Source: Macrostomum lignano
Lineage: Eukaryota
DNA: 64,000 nucleotides
Direction: 5' to 3'
Assembly (NCBI GenBank): GCA_002269645.1
Contig: NIVC01002635.1
Span: forward strand, 62,001-126,000
The notes under the pieces were generated by a model, which was given only the letters and a program-made list of their open reading frames with translations, ran no database searches and was not told where the DNA came from. This document shows positions 59,870 through 64,000 of this stretch, in pieces. Position 1 is the stretch's first letter; every line of letters begins with the position of its first letter. Position numbers and translations under genes: made by a program.

Positions 59870-61180
59870 ATGACGGAGAAGCTTGCAGAGATCAGCGACG
59901 TTCTGGCGGGAATTCGAGATGCCGTCCAGACGCTGAGGTCTATCGGAGGTAAGAGTGATGAGCTGCTGAAGGTTACTGAGCTCACCAAGGCTCAAGCCAG
60001 CGAGGTGGAGCAGCTGAAGCTGGCCAAGGAGCCTCATCGGGAGGAACTGCAGCCACAACTTGACGGACTGAGTCTCTTTCTCAAGAAACTGAAGCAAGAG
60101 CTCAAGAGAGTGCAGGTTACGGGATCTCACCTAGAGGTTTGGATAAACAGTTTTGGAAGGCAGATCGATGAGTTTGAGACATTCTGGAAGGTCAGGATCC
60201 AGGCCAATATTGAGCCAGATTTGCTCAAACAGCTCTGTGAAAAGCTGGACCAGCTGCACACAATGGCCTGTGATTTCTCGGAATCGCTCGCGACCTTCAC
60301 CGGTCAGCTGAGCAAGTCGCAGGAGCTCACCAAAACTCTGTCTGACGGGCTGAGTCAGAGACAGGCGGGTTCGAGCAGGCAGGCAGGCCAAGCACAGCTG
60401 CTCGGGCTGATTGCTTGCGCAACAGTCGGAGCTCTCGGTCTCGCGGCACTTCACTTCTTCGATGGCGGAGCTGCTTTTATCGCCAGCTTTGCCGCAGGCA
60501 TTTTGCTGGGCAGCGCGGCCGTGAAAACAGCGACGGATTTGAAGGAGCGGCGAGAGCGAGCCCGGTGCGCTGGTGCCTGCCGCAGGAAGCTGGACTCGGT
60601 CCACAGAATGCTGTGGATCGGCTGCGACACCGCCAGGACCATCCAGGTGGACGAGGCAGCCATCAAGGCGTTGCGGACTGCTCTGCAGTTTTTCACTCGA
60701 GACGTGGAGAGGGACGACCGCATCGCTCAGCTGGAGACGGAAGGCCTTGAGAAGGACGACCGCATCGCTCAGCTGGAGACGGAAGGCCTTGAGAAGGACG
60801 ACCGCATCGCTCAGCTGGAGACGGAAGGCCTTGAGAAGGACGACCGCATCGCTCAGCTGGAGACGGAAGGCCTTGAGAAGGACGACCGCATCGCTCAGCT
60901 GGAGACGGAAGGCCTTGAGAAGGACGACCGCATCGCTCAGCTGGAGACGGAAGGCGTTGAGAAGGACGACCGCATCGCTCAGCTAGAGAAGGAAAATGCC
61001 GAGCTGAAAATAATGATCAACCGATCAAGTGAAAAAACGTCACGCAATGAGCTGGAGTTCGATAATCAATTTCTAGGCGAATGCTACGCAATGGTGAGAA
61101 GCTTAGTGACTCGCTTGAACAAAGCCCTTAGAGTAGCCGTATTTGCCAATGCCAACGACAAATTTACCTTCTCGTCATGA
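59870..61180 (+). CDS. ApoL-like coiled-coil/hairpin protein 2 (~436 aa) with C-terminal 14-aa repeats
   Basis: Aligns end to end with the 5593-6528 protein (EKLAEISDVL, LEVW..FG, DFS, GLAAL.FF.GG, TIQ.D..AI.AL.TAL.FF..D.E.DDRIA). ATG at 59870, just after an aagcag acceptor-like site. Confidence 0.75.
   Translation: MTEKLAEISDVLAGIRDAVQTLRSIGGKSDELLKVTELTKAQASEVEQLKLAKEPHREELQPQLDGLSLFLKKLKQELKRVQVTGSHLEVWINSFGRQIDEFETFWKVRIQANIEPDLLKQLCEKLDQLHTMACDFSESLATFTGQLSKSQELTKTLSDGLSQRQAGSSRQAGQAQLLGLIACATVGALGLAALHFFDGGAAFIASFAAGILLGSAAVKTATDLKERRERARCAGACRRKLDSVHRMLWIGCDTARTIQVDEAAIKALRTALQFFTRDVERDDRIAQLETEGLEKDDRIAQLETEGLEKDDRIAQLETEGLEKDDRIAQLETEGLEKDDRIAQLETEGLEKDDRIAQLETEGVEKDDRIAQLEKENAELKIMINRSSEKTSRNELEFDNQFLGECYAMVRSLVTRLNKALRVAVFANANDKFTFSS
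60713..60986 (+). repeat. Coding 42-bp tandem repeat (DDRIAQLETEGLEK), 6 full copies plus a partial
   Basis: Unit starts at 60713, 60755, 60797, 60839, 60881, 60923 and 60965. Confidence 0.95.
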
Positions 61181-61619
61181 AGCGAACTTTGACGCGGTTA
61201 GAGCGACGGATGATTACCCTGAAAGTCAAAAAGTTTGTAGATTGCTCGTTGTTTGTAGATTCCTTGTTAGCTCTCCGATCCTGCAGCCATGAACACCAGA
61301 TAAACCCAGGATACCAGATTTCACTACTCTCAATATTTGAACGCGAATATGCGAGCTTTATCGTGCTCATCTGATCTTAGTTCAAGATCATTTCAGCTAA
61401 ATACACGGTTTATTCAGAGGATGAGACCAAGTGGTGCAGAATCAGTGTCTTTGACAGCGATTTCTGATTATAAACTAAACTGGTACATGTAAAATTTTTA
61501 ACCTAAATAAAATCATTACCATTATAGCGAGTTTAAGTTTGAGAGGGCGCCTTGCTCTCTTCCTGGATGTACCCTGCACCCATTTCCCTTCCCTTCCCCT
61601 TTCCACTCGCCTTCGCCTT

Positions 61620-61690
61620 CGAAGCTGCAGTGCATGGAGCCGGACACGTCCAACAGAGCTCCGGTGAGCACCTACTTCGCGTGATGCTCT
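61620..61690 (-). pseudogene. 5' fragment of another VWA-protease paralog
   Basis: EHHAK*VLTGALLDVSGSMHCSF, near-identical at the DNA level to the start of exon 2 of the intact genes; truncated after ~70 bp. Confidence 0.85.
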
Positions 61691-61927
61691 ACTTAGAGTT
61701 CGATCTTTTCAATGACGTTTGAACAGATAGAAGTGTAAGTTAAAGCCTTTCATAGCTCGCATTCGATTGCCTACTCGCAAGTAGTATAAAAATGACTGCA
61801 TTTTAATTTCTTGTTGCTAAAATGCATTCGATTTTTATAAGAATTTCTTGTGCACGCTGCTAGTCATTAATTTCACCGTGTGGCCCACAAGACAGAAAAT
61901 AATTCGATGATTATTACTGGATAACTT

Positions 61928-62327
61928 TTATTCATTTAGTGCTTTTAAATGAGTAAATATTCCTCTACAAGCAGGTATCTGTTGTGTATCAGACAAACCC
62001 GGAGCCCAAAGGGCATTGCTAAGCAAGGTGGAACCTTCGTCAGGACAAAAAATTATTTCAATATATTTTTTCGAAATTATTTTCATTTTTCGAATTTCGG
62101 CTTGCATCTGCTCAGCCGACGCAAGGACGTCGAACACCTCTGGGTCATTTTGAGCTCCGACGCCAATCATAAAAATTCGGTCAGCCGGAGATACGTCGGT
62201 TCTCACCAGCTGGCGTCCAACTCGAAAGATGGACTTGGCCCATGTCTGCTTGGCTGCCTCCGTCACCTGCCGGAAGCTCCGCTTTGTCGAGTTGGACGCG
62301 TCCAGCACAGCTCCAATGAATACTAAC
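61928..62327 (-). pseudogene. Divergent, truncated N-terminal VWA half of the VWA-protease family
   Basis: VFIGAVLDASNSTKRSF...WAKSIFRVGRQLVRTDVSPADRIFMIGVGAQNDPEVFDVLAS aligns with VLTGALLDVSGSMQRSF...WVRSIFQVADQLVEHDVSPTNQVFLGGVGAESQPEVFDILAS. SKKYI...LWAP matches paralog 3. It stops before the second VWA half. Confidence 0.8.
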
Positions 62328-62564
62328 CTGTCCGGCTGCTTGAGATTGGAGAAGCACGAGCGTAAATGCCGATAATGTATTTACCCAGCTACGAGTAGCT
62401 ATCAGTGTAACTATCTAAAGTGCCAGCAGATCTTTGCGGCGCACCTCACTCCTAAGTATCTCAGTAAATACTCGCAACTTGCTGATGCAGCGAACCAATT
62501 ACTCATCTTGCTCATGATGCACAAGCATGATGATTAAGGATATGTTACACTGTCGGCTAAGACA

Positions 62565-63283
62565 TCACTGGTGACAATAATTCCTGACTAACAATACAAT
62601 GCGAGAACATACAATTATTTCACAGATATTCTGTGCACCTGACACAGCAACAGTTCCCACCTGTAGAAAATCATAAGCATCGGTCACGGGACAGTCCCGA
62701 ACACTGCAGAGCTCCGTGAGAGGCAGGCGCAGACCGCCGCATGTCACCGTCGCCACGTGATCCATGAAGCTTGTCGCCTCAGTGTTGGAGCCATACTGCA
62801 CGCAGTACGCAGCAATTCCCTGCTTTCGTAGATTTTTTGCCTAACCCTAACCATCCAGTTAACTTCGCGCTCGTTCCTGCTGCTGTCAACCCCATACGGG
62901 TACGAGTCGCCAATAAGCACCAGCGCTCTGGAGCTGTTAACACGCGAACGGAGGCAAGCCACTTCCTGCAGCACCAGCTCGTAGCACTCAGGCGTGTCGA
63001 TGCCGCCCGTCCTTGGCACGGTCTGAACGAATTCGATCAGATCGGCAGTTGAGGTGGCGAGTGGCGAGTGGCGAGTCTTGAGTAGCGATTGGCGAGTTGA
63101 CGTTGGCGAGTCTCAGTTGCGTATTTATCGTCGTAGTCACCGTGCGGGATGAGAGCAACGCTGATGTCTGGGATGCCCGCAGTGAGTCGCTTCAGCGCCT
63201 CGTTGATATTACGGCGCACTTCTTCAAGGAATCCCTGCAATGGAGGCGGTTGTATCAAATGAAACCACAGGGTCAAGAGGCAT
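62565..63283 (-). pseudogene. Frameshifted stand-alone VWA domain of a different (DTTxS / GGxDxPE) subtype
   Basis: MPLDPVVSFDTTAS/MQGFLEEVRRNI...VALIPHGDY...GGIDTPECYELVL...RALVLIGDSYP...GIAAYCVQY...TCGG is spread over three frames. The motif pattern resembles the VWA of Dictyostelium VwkA-type proteins (inference). Confidence 0.7.
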
Positions 63284-64000
63284 TATAAGAGTTTGTATCT
63301 GAGTTCTTTTGCTTGATAGAAAAGCTCAGCTGGCTCCGTAATCCGCTTTTTAACATCAGATATTTGTTGCTCTGAGCAGTTACATGCCGGTATTTTGGGC
63401 ATAGTAGAGGAAGGGGTTGATGCAGAGAGCCTGCGAATCAAGTGTCTGGGTTGTTATTGGTCCTGAGCTGACCACTCGAGCCTGATTTGAAATGTGAGCC
63501 AAGGCTGCAACACTGCGTCCTTTCTGCTGTTGTGCTTTAGCCTCAATAATTTGAGCTTGACAGCTCATGCAGCTCTCAATCCATTTTTTTTCTAGTTTGG
63601 TCCGTTCGACAGCAATTCATAATTACATGTGCGCATTAACGTATAATCTATGGGCAACATTTGTTTCACCCACAACACTGCGCAACTGCAGTCGTGTACT
63701 GTACGCAGCAGGGTTCGGGCTGCGCAGTTCATTCGAACTTTTCCCAGCTGCAGTTAGCTGGATTAGCTGCATCGCTGTACTCTAATTTGCGAAAAATGAG
63801 TGCCTGCCTTCGGCGCCGAAATAAATTCTGACAACACCGATTGCCAACATAATGTAAGAATTTAGTCCTAGAATTCTCGACCTAAAAACCATGGCGACGC
63901 ACTTGCTAAATTCAGTGAAATGTTCTTCCTCGCTGCTTAATTAAACCGTCACTCTACTCTCGTACAAGACATATGAGAGTCGCCAGAGCTCCAATTAAAA

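Noticed and set aside
62840-62852. Two TTAGGG telomeric units inside the VWA pseudogene
   Set aside because: Only two units, and they read as in-frame coding (NWMVRVRQK); consistent with chance.

Overview
Eukaryotic (metazoan-type) genomic DNA with GT-AG introns, mini/microsatellites, Mag-like Ty3/Gypsy elements, an hAT-type MITE and Penelope-type mini-hammerheads. The repeat types recall the flatworm Macrostomum, but that attribution is from memory only. The core of the window is a tandem segmental duplication carrying three intact paralogs (11530-14194, 21549-24331, 53795-56597; minus strand) of an unusual protein. Each has a VWA/MIDAS domain split by a coiled-coil plus hypervariable insert, a papain-family (C1A-like) Cys-His-Asn protease and a C-terminal CxxC-x17-CxxC zinc ribbon, with no signal peptide. 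Each gene begins with an exon whose coding part is only the ATG. The array is bracketed by two divergent ApoL-like coiled-coil/hydrophobic-hairpin genes (5593-6528 minus; 59870-61180 plus). It also holds at least six relics: a third ApoL-like 3' end, four VWA-protease fragments and a frameshifted stand-alone VWA. Together this looks like a birth-and-death, diversifying cluster, possibly a sensor-protease plus membrane-effector defence system (inference). Other content: a 17.2-kb 69-bp satellite that has only 2 copies at the paralogous site, a near-intact Gypsy whose 5' LTR is mostly replaced by a 303-bp host duplication, a rearranged Gypsy with a nested solo LTR, and a foldback Penelope-derived insertion with two opposed hammerhead motifs. 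All coordinates and identity estimates were obtained by eye; no searches were run.
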